A stretch of 64,000 nt of DNA from Raja brachyura (GCA_963514005.1 OY740783.1:112344001-112408000); one strand, 5' to 3'. Positions 24,176 through 37,542 are shown, numbered from the stretch's first letter. A program made the numbers and translations. Notes: a model not told the origin generated them from the letters alone.

Positions 24176-24482
24176 TAATTTAATCTAGTTTAGTTTAGAG
24201 ATACCGTGCGGAAACAGGCCCTTCAGCCACCAAGTTTCCGCCGACCAGCCATCACCCCTGCACTAGTTCTATACTACACACTAGGGACATTTTACAGAAG
24301 CCAATTAACATACAAACCTGCATGTGTTCAAAATGTGGGAGGAAACCGGAGCACACGGAAAAACCCACGAGGTCACAGGGAGAATGTACAAACTCTGTAC
24401 AGACAGCACCCATAGTGAAGGTTGAACCCGTGTCTCTGACGCTGTAAGACAGCAACTCGACCAAAGCGTCACTGTGCCACCC
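24176..24482 (-). mobile_element. Full-length HE1-type V-SINE (tRNA head, V domain, CR1-type tail)
   Basis: Minus strand GTGGCACAGTG..GGGTTCAACC (A/B boxes), V domain TTCTCCCTGTGACCTCGTGGGTTTTTCCGTGTGCTCCGGTTTCCTCCCACA, tail GAAGGGCCTGTTTCC..TATCTCTAAACTAAACT. Confidence 0.85.
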
Positions 24483-25754
24483 CAACCAATATACTCTAAG
24501 TGTTTGACTTTATCTCCCTTGGGGATCAATTGGTTGAAAATAATGGTATGATAATTGCCAAGTTGTCTCACAGCCATTGTGATGTGGAATGATGAATAGT
24601 GTTCTGACATCTATTGTGCTGCCCTCCTGCACATTTCACAATGCTGCACCACTAACCAGGAAACTCCTATTACCTCAAATCCACAATTCAACCAGACGGA
24701 ATTAGATGCAAGTAGTCACTGCATTCAACCATGAACTATACATTAAACTCACCACTGAAAATTCATTTAAGTAATTAATTGTGTGAGCTCCACTTTCAAC
24801 AATGTGGTAATTATAAACTACAGGCAACCCCTACATAATGGCAGTTTGGATAAAATAAATTCCCTCTTACAGAATTCACAAGTTACTTTCCAAAAAAGTA
24901 TGAAATTTATGTGGAATAAATATACACAAAATATGAAGGAAACAACGAACTTTGTCAATGTTTATAGTTAGTCAGTCATTACTGTGGGGCAATAGGATTT
25001 GGTTATGACATGACCATGTTAATTGGGTTGGCAGTCCGTCCTTTGCAATGCGCTCTCCAGACCGAGGACATGTGAACAGATGTCTCAGTACAGTGCTCCC
25101 CTGCTCTTCGTCTGCGAGGCATGTTCTCTGATATTGTGGGGAGCTGCAATGAATATGGCTGGCTTTTATACTGGCTCCTTAATGTGATCCCTCGACCTTC
25201 ATTCCACTTCCACTCAGTCAACATGCTTTAACCCATTGCCCCACTGAAGTCTTTCTACACCATCTTACTCCCAGGAACCTCAATCTTCGAATTCCATCCC
25301 TTTTCATGGTACCCTCACTTCCTTGTCCATCTCCCAAGTCTAACGTTAGCCTCAGCCGTTAAATAACAGTGTGTGCCACTTTGTCATTATTGATACAATG
25401 CAATTAAAAAGACAGAAACATCCCGTAGGATTGCAACTCCAAATAAAACATGGGATTCAATGGGATAAAGGGTTACGCTGTGGAAAATCATAATACTAAC
25501 AGATACTGACTCGGAACTCAACTAATCCAAAACACAGGGTTGCCAGCACTGCCATTTAACCTCTCATGAACAAGATGAACAATTGAGACTCTTCTTCAGG
25601 TTGTAAACTATTTTTGAGGATATTAAGAAGTCTGAAATTCAGGTACATTTAACTTTTAGTTTCATTTGCTGACAGTTTTAGTCCAGTTTTTATTTCACTG
25701 TCTATAACATAACTGAACTCAATTAAGCATGGTACTCTCCTATTATCAATGATC

Positions 25755-26050
25755 GGTAGCATGGTGGTTTAAGTTACCAAACTGATGGCTGAGTTCCCAC
25801 CATGGCAACCAGAAAAGGTGAGTTTATTGAAGTATTTAAGTGGAACTTGGACTAAAAAGCTTTTGTCAATAAAGTGACAATGCAAAAACTACTTAATTCA
25901 CAAGCTGCCTTCCTCAACCTGTGTGGCCTATATGTGACTCCAGGCCCACCAATGTAGTTGACCTATAACTGCCCAATGGAACTGCTGAGCAGGCTATTCA
26001 TCTGAATGGATAACAAATGCTGGCAAAGCCAGTGGTGTACTACACATCAT
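25755..26050 (+). mobile_element. Ancient tRNA-derived SINE remnant
   Basis: TAGCATGGTGG head; GGCCTATATGTGACTCCAG..GTTGAC core; AAATGCTGGCAAAGCCAG tail. Confidence 0.5.
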
Positions 26051-27146
26051 GTAGATTAATGTAATGCAATCTTAAATGTATTGGCAAAATAGATAAACTT
26101 GTTGTCACCATTCAGTCTAGCCTGGTAACCTCCTACATCATTTTCACTTTATAATGTCAGCATGTTGCCGGACATAGAAAGGGTGCTGTAGCTGAAAAGA
26201 CCCTGTTGTGAAAGGCCCATGCCAGTACCAAGGAAAGAAGGAATGCTGTTTTTGTCATATTCTCTGTGATGATTCACTGTACACTTTAAATCACTGCAGT
26301 CTAACCATGAACAGGCTGACCCCTTGTTTAATAAGTGAGGAAAAACGAATTGTGAAATAGTGTGATTTGAAGCAATTATGAAATAATAAACCATTGTTAA
26401 ACTATAAATGTGACGAGATAAACAAAATAGCATAGCAGTCCATTTCTCAGCATTCCTGATCCTAATAAGTTGATCTGATGCACTTCATCCCAGACATATC
26501 AGTAAGTAGTTGTGTTGGCTTAGGGGTTTGAGTAGCAGTCACTCTGCATAGGGAGCTGGTTCTGAACTTATCACTTTGGTACCAGCTGCGTTTGACTATA
26601 AAGTATGATGTCAGCACTCTGTCCAAAATTTAACAAAGAAACAGACCAAAAGTTTTAAATCTAAAGTATTGATGACCAATTCATTGATGTCCGCTTGATT
26701 CCTGATTACCAAATGGCACACGGAGGCTTTGTTAACTTATAATATGTAACTTATAGCCATTATTGCTTAAAAGTAACCCAACAAATCTGTTGAAAGGATC
26801 AATAATTAATACTGGCCCCTCGAGCTAAATGTAGATAACAGACATAAACAGATGAAAAAAAACATTTTTGAGAGTGCTTTTGTAGCTGTTGGGTGCTGTG
26901 AGCATGATTTCTATACAGTGTATCTGAGTAGTCGATCACCAGAGGCAATATATTTTTATCCAATCTTTCTACTCTTTGAAAGTAGCCGAGCAATGAGTGT
27001 GTAAAAAAAAAAGTGATAAATAAATTATTATTATTATTTCAGCTTGTAAACTTAGATCCATCTCTTTTAGTATCTGATGAAAACTGCGGTATTTTTCAAT
27101 TTTCCTTGCCTTATTCTTACACAGACTGACAATGTAGGAACAGGAA

Positions 27147-27241
27147 GGTAGACAAAAAATGCTGGAGAAACTCAGCGGATGAGGCAGCATCTATGGAGAG
27201 AAGAAATTGGCGACGTTTCGGGTCGAGACCCTTCTTCAGAC
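27147..27241 (-). mobile_element. Penelope-derived short element with intact hammerhead core (27212-27239)
   Basis: Minus strand GTCTGAAGAAGGGTCTCGACCCGAAACGTCGCC...CCAGCATTTTTTGTCTACC. Confidence 0.8.
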
Positions 27242-27285
27242 AGACCTGTCTGGTCCATGCCTGTGCTGCTGCCCTACATGACTAT

Positions 27286-28138
27286 TGGGGCAGTACCACT
27301 ACGGCGACCTAATTGGCGAGTTTAGGAGAGTTTGAAAAAGTGTCATGTTGAAGATCTCCTTCGACTATGTAGAAGACCTCCTTCGACTATGTGGAAGACC
27401 TCCTTCGACTAGCTTCGGGAAAATTGGACACCAAATAGTGGAGAGTGAAGACGATCTCCTTCGACCTCCCTTCGACTATGTTGAAGACTATCTACGACTA
27501 CCTTTGATTACCTTCGACTACCCTCGATTACCGACGAATAACTTGCCGACCTACTTCGACTAAACCTACGAGTAAAAAAAATATTGATTTTTTTTCCATG
27601 GCGACCTTTTTTTACTCGCAGGCATTTTTCAGCATGTTGAAAAATACGCCGCGACCTAGCTGAAGCCTCGAGTACGTGGGTAGCGGCGGAAACCCGGGGG
27701 GGGCCAAAGGGGACACGTCCCCTCCATGTTTTGAGAGGTGGGGGACATCCGCCCCCCCCCCCCAAGTTTTTGCAATCCAGATTTTAAAATCTCCGCTTTC
27801 CGCGAGACAGTGGAGGTGGGACTGCTGATCGAGGGCGCCGATTGGACGAGAGAGACGTCGGTCAGCAGGCAATGGAGGCGGGACATGATGTGGGTGAGTG
27901 TGCGCATGCGCATTTGTGGGTGAGTGCACGCATGCGCGCGCGGCCGCCAAATATTTGTGTCCCCCGTCCCCTCCATGTTTTCATAGCAAGTTCCGCTCTT
28001 GTATGTGGGGACTACTCTCGAGCATGAAGGAGAGTTACAAAGACCTCCTAGGACCTCGTGTCGACCATGCTGCGAGTATGAGTCGAGGGCAAACTCTTCT
28101 AAACTCGTCAATTGGGTCCCCGCAGTGGGACAGCCCCT
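27286..28138. mobile_element. Non-autonomous PIF/Harbinger-like MITE
   Basis: ~48-bp imperfect TIRs (GGGGCAGTACCACTACGGCGACCTAATTGGCGAGTTTAGGAGAGTTTG versus the reverse complement at 28090-28137). 3-bp TSD TAT/TAT. Internal 22-bp and ~11-bp TTCGACTA repeats. Confidence 0.75.
27681..28001. mobile_element. Non-autonomous hAT-like MITE nested in the Harbinger-like MITE
   Basis: 8-bp TSD TACGTGGG / TATGTGGG (CpG transition). Short imperfect TIRs TAGCGGCGGAA / TTCCGCTCTTG. GTCCCCTCCATGTTTT repeated near both ends. Confidence 0.75.
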
Positions 28139-28824
28139 TATCCCCGCACATGCTTCATCTTGCCCACCATCATTTCTTTCCATTCACGTGTTTCTGCCTG
28201 GTATCTTGAATGTATCCCCAGCAACCATTTCATGCTCACTGCACACTCTCATCACAGTCTGGCTGAAGAGGTTTCTTCAGAATCCTTTCTGGATTTATCT
28301 GTCATTAATGTAAACTCTCTCAAAAATGCACGGTGAGTGGAGGACAGTTACTCACTAGTGGGGGAGAGCTGCAATGTCAGAGAGTCTGTCCTATCAGTTG
28401 ATCCCATGATGCAATTTTCCAGTAAAGGGACATTTTTCCTGGTGTTCCGATTGATGATTATCTCTTGTTCTGTATTATGAAATGCATCATCTGGCCAGTT
28501 TCACGTTGCTGTTTGCGGGGGCAGACTCGGTATAGTTTGGCTTCACTTTAAGAAATACTTGCTTGACTGCAGGCATTGTGGAGCCATGAACAGTGGGCTG
28601 GACAGGTGCGCGCTACTTCTTTACACTTCCACAGAGCCTTTGGTGAATTACTGCTTCCAGCTGAGCTCTGCACTGGCCTCTGACTGTGGTTCAGCTGCAG
28701 GCTGCATTTGGAACATCATTATTCACCTACTGATGCCGATCCCTCTCCTCCAACCCACTTCACCCCTGATAAAATAAGGAGAATGGTAACTTCAGCAGGT
28801 CATCCACATCTACCTTCCTATTAT

Positions 28825-29007
28825 GTAGGAAGTAACTGCTGGTTTACACCGAAGATAGACACAAAATGCTGGAGTAACTCAGCGAGACAGGCAGCATCTC
28901 TGCGGAGAAGGAAAGGGTGAGGCTTCAGGTTGTCACCCATGTCACCCATTCCTTCTCTGCGGAGATGCTGCCTGCCCTGCCGAGTTACTCCAGCATTTTG
29001 TGTCTAC
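28825..29007. mobile_element. Head-to-head inverted pair of Penelope pLTR fragments
   Basis: Arms GACACAAAATGCTGGAGTAACTC... / ...GAGTTACTCCAGCATTTTGTGTC. Flanking repeats CTACCTTCCTATTAT / CTACTTTCCTGTTAT (13/15). Confidence 0.8.
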
Positions 29008-29439
29008 TTTCCTGTTATTTTTGCTTCTGAACTGTACTCTGCTAATGTGGCGCAGTAGATTGGAAAAGGTAACAAAGGTCTTTAATCTCGTTCAGTTTTT
29101 GACTCTTTCTAAGTTCCTATATTAGTCTGAGCCACTTACAGAGCTGATTGAATTCACAATATTTCAAGAATTTGACTCTCCCTATACAAATTATAGGTTA
29201 ACTGTCCAACTCTGCTTCCACTCCTGTATGGAATTCTGGACTTCAGAGATGATGTCATGATGTGGCTCATGCATTGAGTTTCATGTGCTTCAGTAACAGT
29301 CCTTGCACGCCAAACAGGTCAGTCCTGATTTTCTGACGTGGACTTTGGCCGGACAGAAGGGATCGTTGGTGCAGCAAAGATGGTTTCTCACCTGATGAGC
29401 TGATAGTGGTGATTTGTGAGTTTTGGGCTTGAGACTGAG

Positions 29440-29745
29440 CCTGACTTGCAGTCCCATGCACTGAGGGAGTATCTCATCACCAGGAGAGAATATTTGGGGT
29501 CAGTGTAATGTAGGAGCAATGTGTTTCAATGTTAGGGGAACGAGTACTGAGGCAGTGCCACACACCCAGGAACAGTGCTGAGATCCTACGACAATGCCTG
29601 AATCCAAATACTTCTAGTGAGATGTTAAATCACGGTCCTGTCTATCCTTTGGATTACAAATGTACAATACTGACTGTACAATGACTGCACGTCATATTCT
29701 ATGAAGCTCTTGGAAACATCAGGACATTATTATTTCAATTAAAAT
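29440..29745 (+). mobile_element. Deu-domain SINE remnant (SacSINE1/AmnSINE-like)
   Basis: ACTGAGGGAGT..., GAGATGTTAAATCACGGTCCTGTCT core and TGAAGCTCTTGGAAACATC tail. Confidence 0.5.
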
Positions 29746-30229
29746 GCAAATCCTTTCTCTCTTTTACATGGGTTAACCTGTGAGACTTGAGTGTTAGAAA
29801 CCATGTCTAACAAAAGTAAAGCTGCTTTTCATCCATACTTTATTCTGTTTGAAGTTGGTTTAAATATTTTCCATTTAAATCTTTTATTTATTGCTTGAGT
29901 CAAAGGTTTGTCAGTAGTTTGCAACCTTCCACAAATAATTACATTGTTTGCTCACACATATTCGCTTCACGTGACTGCTCGAGGAAGGAGGATGAGATAA
30001 AGATCAAATTATTAGTGGACATGGACAGAAAGATCACATCCTGCTTCCTTGCCTTATATCCACAGCCAAGATTTTAAATGCTAGTAAGTCTTCATTCCTT
30101 TCTGTGAAAATCTCTTCTCACATGATTTACCAAATTTAGTCTACTTTTTTCCACATTCTAACGTAGAGTAGTATCTTATCCCACTGGAGATCGAGCCACT
30201 GAGATCACCATGGGTGCGACAGAATTGCA

Positions 30230-30500
30230 GTTGCTGTAATCCAGAAGCCTGGACCAGTGATGTGGAGATGTGTTCAAACCCCATCATAGCCGCCGGTGAA
30301 TATTAAGTCAAGCAATAAAACCCTAATAAAATTTGAATAAAAATTAAAATTACCAGTGATGGTGATGGAATTATTGCAGAAACCCAATCTTACATGGTCT
30401 GAGCTCCAAAAGCAGACTGATGGCAGACTTCCAGTGGTTTACTCTCATATCCTCTCTGAAATGACCCACTTTTCAAGGACAGCATGCTCGCACCTCAAAT
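30230..30500 (+). mobile_element. Ancient tRNA-derived SINE remnant
   Basis: GTAATCCAGAAGCCTGGAC..TGTGTTCAAACCCCA (B box); related to 25755-26050. Confidence 0.45.
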
Positions 30501-30754
30501 GATTGAAGGAAAAGATCTGCTGGAAATAGACAATTCCAAGGTAAAGGTAAACAGCATATTTTACTCTAAAAGCCTCCACGATACTTCCATGAGGTGCTTT
30601 TCCTTGAATTTACACCGAGATTCCAACTTGGCACAGTGCAGCCTTCAGTCTGCATCCAACATTTTCAGCATTCAGATAATAATATATTCTCAGCATATCA
30701 CAAAGATGTTGTCTATTTCAAGTTAAGAGGAAATATCTGGTTACAGGGAAAAAT

Positions 30755-31065
30755 ATAACATAGAACATAACATGACTTAGCATAGAAACAGGCCCTGTGG
30801 CCCACATGGTCCGTGCCAAGCATGATGCCTTGTTAAACTAATCTCTTCTGCCCGCACATGATCCATATCTCTCCACTCCCTGCATTTCCATGTACCTATC
30901 CAAAAACTGCTTAGGCACCACTTTGCATCTACCTGCACCATTATCCCTGTGTGCACATTCCTGGCACCCACCACTCTTGTGTAAAAAAAAAACCTGTCCC
31001 ACACATCTTCTTTGAAATTTACTCTGCTTACCTTAAAACTATGCCCTCTAGTTTCTGACATATCT
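30755..31065 (-). mobile_element. CR1 3' fragment
   Basis: ETRGHSFKV..FFYTRVVGA remnant and CR1 tail. Confidence 0.75.
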
Positions 31066-31074
31066 TTCCCAATC

Positions 31075-31370
31075 CCACACCAATCCAGTCTTTGGATTGC
31101 TTCAATGCCAGATTGGTCAAATGCAAACTGGAAGGGCAACACCTCATATTCTGCCAGGGTAGTCTGCAACCCAATGGTAATATTTCAGTTTCAGATAACT
31201 CACACTCCCTGTGCTCCTCCAGTCCTCTTCTGGTTTTCTCCCCTCCCTCCCCTGAGCCACCACCTAGTTTAATTCTACTCCCCCATTTCGCTCCAACTGC
31301 CCATAACCCACACCTTACCTCACCTGGACCATTCTTATCTCCAGCCTCCTCCAGCCAGACCTTCACAGAA
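31075..31370 (+). mobile_element. Penelope ORF C-terminal fragment
   Basis: CKLEGQHLIFCQGSLQPNGN resembles the PLE C-terminus (KLEEQHLIFRLGxLQPxGxN), followed by a pyrimidine-rich tract. Confidence 0.65.
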
Positions 31371-31739
31371 GCTGCAGTTCCTGCTGTTGTTTTACATTTA
31401 GTTGTTCCTTTCTATTTACTTGTCCTTGTTTGGTTATGTCTTTCTGCTTTAATGTGTTTTGTTTTATTTATTAATAATTGTTGTAATTTTCATTATTACA
31501 CAAATTTACTATTTATGAAAATATATCTCCAAACGTTTCAAGTTTTGGCAGCAGGTGCAGTCTTGCCTCTTGTCCAAGGATGTCAGAGCGTTCCAAGGTG
31601 GGGCCAAGACAGTACCTGACCCGAGTTGTGGACTTCCCTGGGCTTACTACACCTCCACACCTAACCTTGAGAGGTGGGTCCAGGTGGGAGGCTGAAGCAA
31701 GCCAACTCACCCCTACATTTGCAGCTATTGTCTGAGCAG

Positions 31740-32330
31740 TAACATCACATTACCCTGGAGTATTTGTAACTGCAGTGAAGCAATTCAGGATTTATTTTAG
31801 CAAAATTGATTTTTTTTTTTAAATCTGCGTTTGCAATTAATGGCAAAATAATTTTGTGTTTTGATTACTCAAATTGCTCAGAAAAAGTGGTTTATTTGTT
31901 GCTCTGTTTGGGTTCAACACATGTCCTTAATTGACTTAATTGTGGTTATAGTTTGCACCTTTCAGAATGTGTTTGTTCACTTTGTTTTGGATTATGATTA
32001 ACTAATTTGTGCTTCCAATAAATAATCCGCAGTAAATTGTGGCACAGGATGACAATTGAAAGGAACTGGAGATAACACTGACATTACCGATTGCTGTCTG
32101 CAGCCAAGGGGCTCAGCATTCCCCATTCATAGCAAGCAGAGCAGTTCCCAAGTGGCAGCAGCTCACCTCAGTACATCAATCAGCAATAAACTATGGAAGG
32201 GCTGGAATTGCTCAGCTCGTATCTACTGTAGGAGAAACATAATCGGAACCAGAAAAAGCAAAAGCTGTAACAAATGCAGAATCAGGGCAAGTGGGAGGAT
32301 GATGCAGTGATGTGTGAGAGGCTGATGTGT
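31740..32330. promoter_or_regulatory. Candidate conserved non-coding enhancer
   Basis: Unique sequence dense in homeodomain (TAAT/ATTA) and Fox/Sox-like (TTTGTT, ACAAT) motifs near bnc2. Conservation not tested. Confidence 0.3.
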
Positions 32331-33314
32331 GACAGGGCGGTGAGCAAGCGAGCTTCTATAACAGAGGAGCAAATGAGGTTTGGGGTGGAACAAAGCAAGA
32401 ACCATCATTGGGCCTTGAGCTTGAGCCTTGAGCAGGGCATCACTTGCATCACCTGGCTAGCGTTGGAAAATCATGCACCTCTCTTTGAGTCTGGAAAGAA
32501 TGTGATTGGAAAGGTGAGGTACATTGCCTTGAACTTGTACTAAGTCTTCTGTTACATCCTTGAGCTCTACCACGGTAGGATATAGTCATTGACACTTTGT
32601 AAAAAAACATTCAGCAGGGAAGGAGTTAAATCTACTCGGCATTCAATGGTTCAGGGGTATCAGTATATCTACATTTACATAAGACTACAGGGTAAGGGAA
32701 GAGTTTAATCTCCATGGACATTTTTCCATATTTGAAACAAATTGTTTTAATATAATAAAGTGATAGTGAATAAAATGGATTGAAGTAAAAAATCAATGAT
32801 GTGAAATTAAGACCAGTGGTACCCAAAATGGACTGGCTTATAAAGTCATAGAGAATCCCAACATTTGCAACCATTAAGTGTGCAGACAGTGCGACTGAGA
32901 CTCCATCATGGGTCGCTTAGGTAAAGACAAGAGTGAGACTTCCTTTGCATGCACATGAAATAAACAACACCAGCTCTGGGTCGTACTGTAACACTGCCTT
33001 TCTTCATTACAACCAGTGATACTACCAAGCGAACACTTATTTGAAATGTCAGCCAAATAAGCAACTGCTCACCAAGCAAGATCTCCATTAACCAACCCTC
33101 CTTCTTCTGGCCCTATCCCTCCTCCCCAGTACTGGCCCCCACTCATCCTTTGGGTGACACAGAACTGAGGTAATGGACCTGCTTGATCCTGCCAACAATG
33201 GCAACGGGTGTGTATAGGAGGACGGGACGTTTCACTCCCAAGGCGCACTGTTTCAAAGGGACTCTTTGCTTGACCATGAGACAATTGCAAGGAACGAACT
33301 ATTCTTAATTCTGG

Positions 33315-33504
33315 AAACACAAGAAACCGCAGATGCTGGAATCTTGAAGGAAACACAAACTGCTGGAGTAACTCAGCAGGTCAGGTAGCATCTGGGGAGG
33401 AAAAAAACAGGGTGATGTTTCAGGTCGGGATCCTTTGTCGCCTATCCATTCCCTAAACTGATGCTACATGACCCATTGAGTTACTCCAATACTTTGTGGG
33501 TTGC
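33315..33504. mobile_element. Head-to-head inverted pair of older Penelope pLTR fragments
   Basis: GCTGGAGTAACTCAGCAGGTCA... / ...TGACCCATTGAGTTACTCCA. Flanking repeats TCTTAATTCTGG / TCTTAATTTTGG (11/12). Confidence 0.7.
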
Positions 33505-36500
33505 TCTTAATTTTGGCGTCCTAATTTTGAGGGAATTGAGGCAACATGCACCCACCCCTTACCACACGGATTTGCTTGTGTTCCCACCCAGTCTTTTAAT
33601 GGCTCTACTGAAGCCTCCTATGCGCAGCTGAGAATCCCACTTCTGCCTACAGCAGAAGTAGAAGTCATGGAACCTCTGCTCTCTGAATGATTTCAGGAGG
33701 AAGGGGGAGGGAATGGCAAGGACCCCTGTTCAGCCCTTTAAACTTAATTAGAACTATATATTCCTATTCTCTTATTGAGTTTGTATTACAATCATTTTAC
33801 TTCGTTAAGAGACATTTGAAGGAAATCGTTTCTGCGGCTTTCAGGGTTTTCATTTTTTTTAAACATATTTCCAGGGATGAGATTTCCTGAACATACAAAA
33901 TCTTTTACAGGTTTAAAATCTTACAGCCAAAGCTGACCAATAGAATGGGATGCTATCTCTTTAAAAATGCATGAAATGCATTGTACATTATGTGGTGAAA
34001 GGACAGCTTACAAATTTCAGCATTCTCCAGGAGCTCTTCCCTAATTTAAAGAAATACATATTTAATAATTGTCTTGAGAAATAATACTTGCAACTGTACA
34101 AGTAGAATGATAGGCCCTTTATATGTGTGTGTGTGTGCGCGTGCAAGAGACCTTGTGTTAAAACAATTTAATTGTCTTGTTGTATCTTATTAATTTCAGA
34201 TGTGACTTACTCTCTCAGCTCCTGTTTTTCACTCTATTCCTTGAAACTTGTGCTATGCAGTGGATTGAAGGGAATGTGACATTTATGCAAATCAGTTCTG
34301 TAATGAAAGCATTTGAAAAAAAACTGCTGCTCTTTTCATAATAATTATTCATTTGAAAATGGCCCTTTAGTGCACAGTAACATCAGGTTTAGATTAGTGT
34401 AATATTTTTTCCTGCGGTAGAATTCTCTTAAGATAATCTGTGATTAGGATAAACTTTATTTAAAGTGCTAGACATTTTTAGGTGTGGATAGATTCTTTGA
34501 AGGCTCAGAACTAGAAACGCTAATAAACAGCCCTCACAGATTCCCACTTTAAATGGCTCGGGTAACAATCACTCTATTTTCCACAGCCTCCACTCAGATC
34601 ATCTTATGTGTAAATGAAAAAGAAATATAATATCCATTTTGTACTGAATCTAAATGAATAATTGAACATTAAAATTAAATTGCAATCATCTGGAAGACTC
34701 TGGGTGAAAGGTCAGTGAAAGTAGATTTAATAGTATCTTTGCAAAAGGGAATCCCGTTCGTATTTAACAGGGCAAATATGCAGGCCTGTGAGGAAAGAGT
34801 TGGGGAGAGTGGAATTAATTGGATCACTCCTTCAAAGAACTGATCAGGCCAGATGAGATGAATAACTTCCTTCGGCGTTGTAAAATTCTATGATTTTAAT
34901 TTCAGGTAACTGTAAATCCCCATGAAAAATTCTACCTTCAAGCATTCCAGCAGTCTTTAAATGTATGTGCCTCACTAACATCCAAATAATCAAGTTGGTG
35001 GGATTTAGTGAGCCAGGGGTAATTCATTTGGTAATTTGCTATATCTGCTCCCAAGCCGTCATTTGGAGGATTTACAACCTGTGAGATGACAACTAGCTGT
35101 ATCATCCACAAGTAATTCTGTCATTTTCCTGGAAGAATTTGAAGAAGGCAGTAAACAAAATCAAATGTAATAGCAGAATCACCTCTGGTATCTACGAGTA
35201 AAGTTCTGGCTGTGAGGTGCATCTGCCAAATTTCTAATGGAAATTCTTCTCCCCCCAAATCATGCAGCATCACACAGTTCTAACGACTCTGAACCTTTGA
35301 AACTCTTGTCTCCTTTGGGCATTGTTACATATGGAGCAGGGAATTGTTCTTTAGACTCCAGCTGACAAGCGAGACTTGCTTTCATTAAATATTAGAGGAA
35401 ATATTGGTTGATCTACCTTAAGAGTATGGTGATCTAAGCAGGTTACACCACCGTGTCGCGCCCCCCCCCCTCAAATCCTCTCTCTAATCCCATTTCTTTG
35501 TCACAATTAAAAATGGTCAGGAGATTAAAGGGGTATTAGAATTGCTGTGGATGTCTGGTCATTGCTGCCCTGCGACTGGTGTGATGACTTGCAGTAACGG
35601 TTTGGAGGTTAGCTATTTATCCTGATGTCCAGAACCTTGAGGTCAGTCAGTGCTATGTACTGGATAAGCACAAGAATTAATTCTCCCATCTGATGAAGAA
35701 AAGCAGCCAATGGCTGACTCTATATTGATGTACCTCTCACAAATTATTCAAAGGCTGATGGCAAGGGGAGCTCTGGAGATGATGCAGAATGATGGATATG
35801 GTACTCAGTGGAATGTGCTGACTTGGTTAGTCCCCCAACTTAATCCATGTAACAATTCACAGTCCCTGGGTATTTGTTCTTGGCATTCAACAGAGGGCCA
35901 GTGATTCCATACTCTATTGCTTAGTCAAGATTAATAATTGATTATTAGTTGATTGACCCTTTCAGTGCTGAATACAATAATTGATTGTTGTGGTTCCCTC
36001 ATATTTCTCAAATATAAAATATTGCTATGGATAAGTATAAGTATTAGTTATCTGACAAACCATGAATGGACTGTTATGTTTCATTTACTAAAAACATTGT
36101 CTGAAAAGTTTAGTCGTTTATGATTTGATCTTAATATTTTCCTGTCTGAGATTGTAACATTATCATGGCATCAAAGTTAAATATCTTTAACCACATTCCT
36201 TTTGTCAGTTCCAAATATGTTATCCATCTTTCTGGCCGGAGCTCCAGAATTTCAAGTTCCTTTCCTAGCTTTTGCTAGTTCTTAAACTTTCAGACAGATT
36301 TTCCATGTCAATCGTTTTACTATTTAAGGTAGTTTTAATTTGCCCACTGTTTGCAGAAGCAAAGCAAAAGCACCCAAACACTCCCAAGAAAAACCTTGCA
36401 GTCTCTGGGACAGAATCTAATACCGACTGCTGTCAGATTACAGTTCGATAGGATCCCTGATGGCCAACGCTTCTAATGTCATTAAATTAACTGAGTAACC

Positions 36501-36787
36501 GATCACTTAAAAGAAATGGAACAGAGGGGAAACCGGGATCTAATTTTAAATTACCTTAACCATCTAAAGTGTTAAATAAAGAATAAAAGAACCTTATATG
36601 ATTAAAGTAGATGCTGAATTCTCCGTATTTGAAAATATTTTAATTTCAAAATTCCTTGTTTAAAATATTTGTGTAAAGAAATTACAGTTCATCTAATTTA
36701 ATTAATCACTTACAGCCAGTTTGATTGCTGTGTTCAAATGTTAGCTAGATAACATTAAAAGCTCACCTGGACCACATGCATTTATAG

Positions 36788-37542
36788 GGCCCTTCAAGCC
36801 AGCATCGCCATTCAATGTGATCATGGCTGATCATCCACAATCAGTACCCCGTTCCTGCCTCTCCCCATATCCCCTGACTCCATGATCTTCAAGAGCCCTG
36901 TCTAGCTCTCTCTTGAAAGTTTCCAAAGAACTAGCCTCCACCGCACTCTGAGGCAGAGAATTCCACAGATTCACAACTCTCTGGATGAAAAAGTGTTTCC
37001 TCATCACCGTTCTGAACAGCTTGCCCCTTATTCTTAAACTGTGGCCCCTGGTTCTGGATTCCCCCAACATCGGGAACTTGTTTCCTGCCTCTATCATGTC
37101 CAAACCCTTAATAATCTTATATGTTTCAATAAGATACCCTCTCATCCTTCTAAATTCCAGAGTGTACAAGCCCAGCCACTCCATTCTCTCAGCATATGAC
37201 AGTCCCGCGATCCCGGGAATTAACCTCGTGAACCTATGCTGCATTCCCTCAATAGCAAGTCCTTCCTCAAATTTGGAGACCAAAACTGCACACGATACTC
37301 TAGGTGTGGTCTCACTAGGGCGCTGTACAACGGCAGAAGGACCTCTTTGCTCCTATACTCAACTCCTCTTGTTATGAAGGCCAACATGCCATTCGCTTTC
37401 TTCACTGCCTGCTGTACCTGCATGCTTACTTTCATTCACTGATGAACAAGGACCCCCAGATCCTGTTGTACTTCCCCTTTTCCCAACTTGACACCATTTA
37501 GATAATATTCTTCCTCCCTATTTTTGCTACCAAAGTGGATAA
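36788..37542 (-). mobile_element. CR1 3' fragment, same subfamily as 8125-12320
   Basis: MKVSMQVQQAVKKANGMLAFITRGVEYRSKEVL and LSYAERMEWLGLYTLEFRRMRG nearly match the large CR1. Confidence 0.9.

Noticed and set aside
24380-24482. tRNA gene
   Set aside because: It is the tRNA-derived head of a V-SINE, followed by a V domain and LINE tail; no intact cloverleaf.
27345-27565. CRISPR-like direct repeats (GAAGACCTCCTTCGACTATG)
   Set aside because: Tandem units with no unique spacers, inside MITE TIRs, with no cas genes, in vertebrate DNA.
28855-29007. Pre-miRNA hairpin
   Set aside because: Explained by inverted Penelope fragments; no known miRNA recognised.
33100-33150. GPIPPPQ resembling human BNC2 exon 2 (GPTPPPH) ~10 kb upstream
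   Set aside because: Only a short proline-rich match. The rest of the exon does not align and no convincing splice sites are present.
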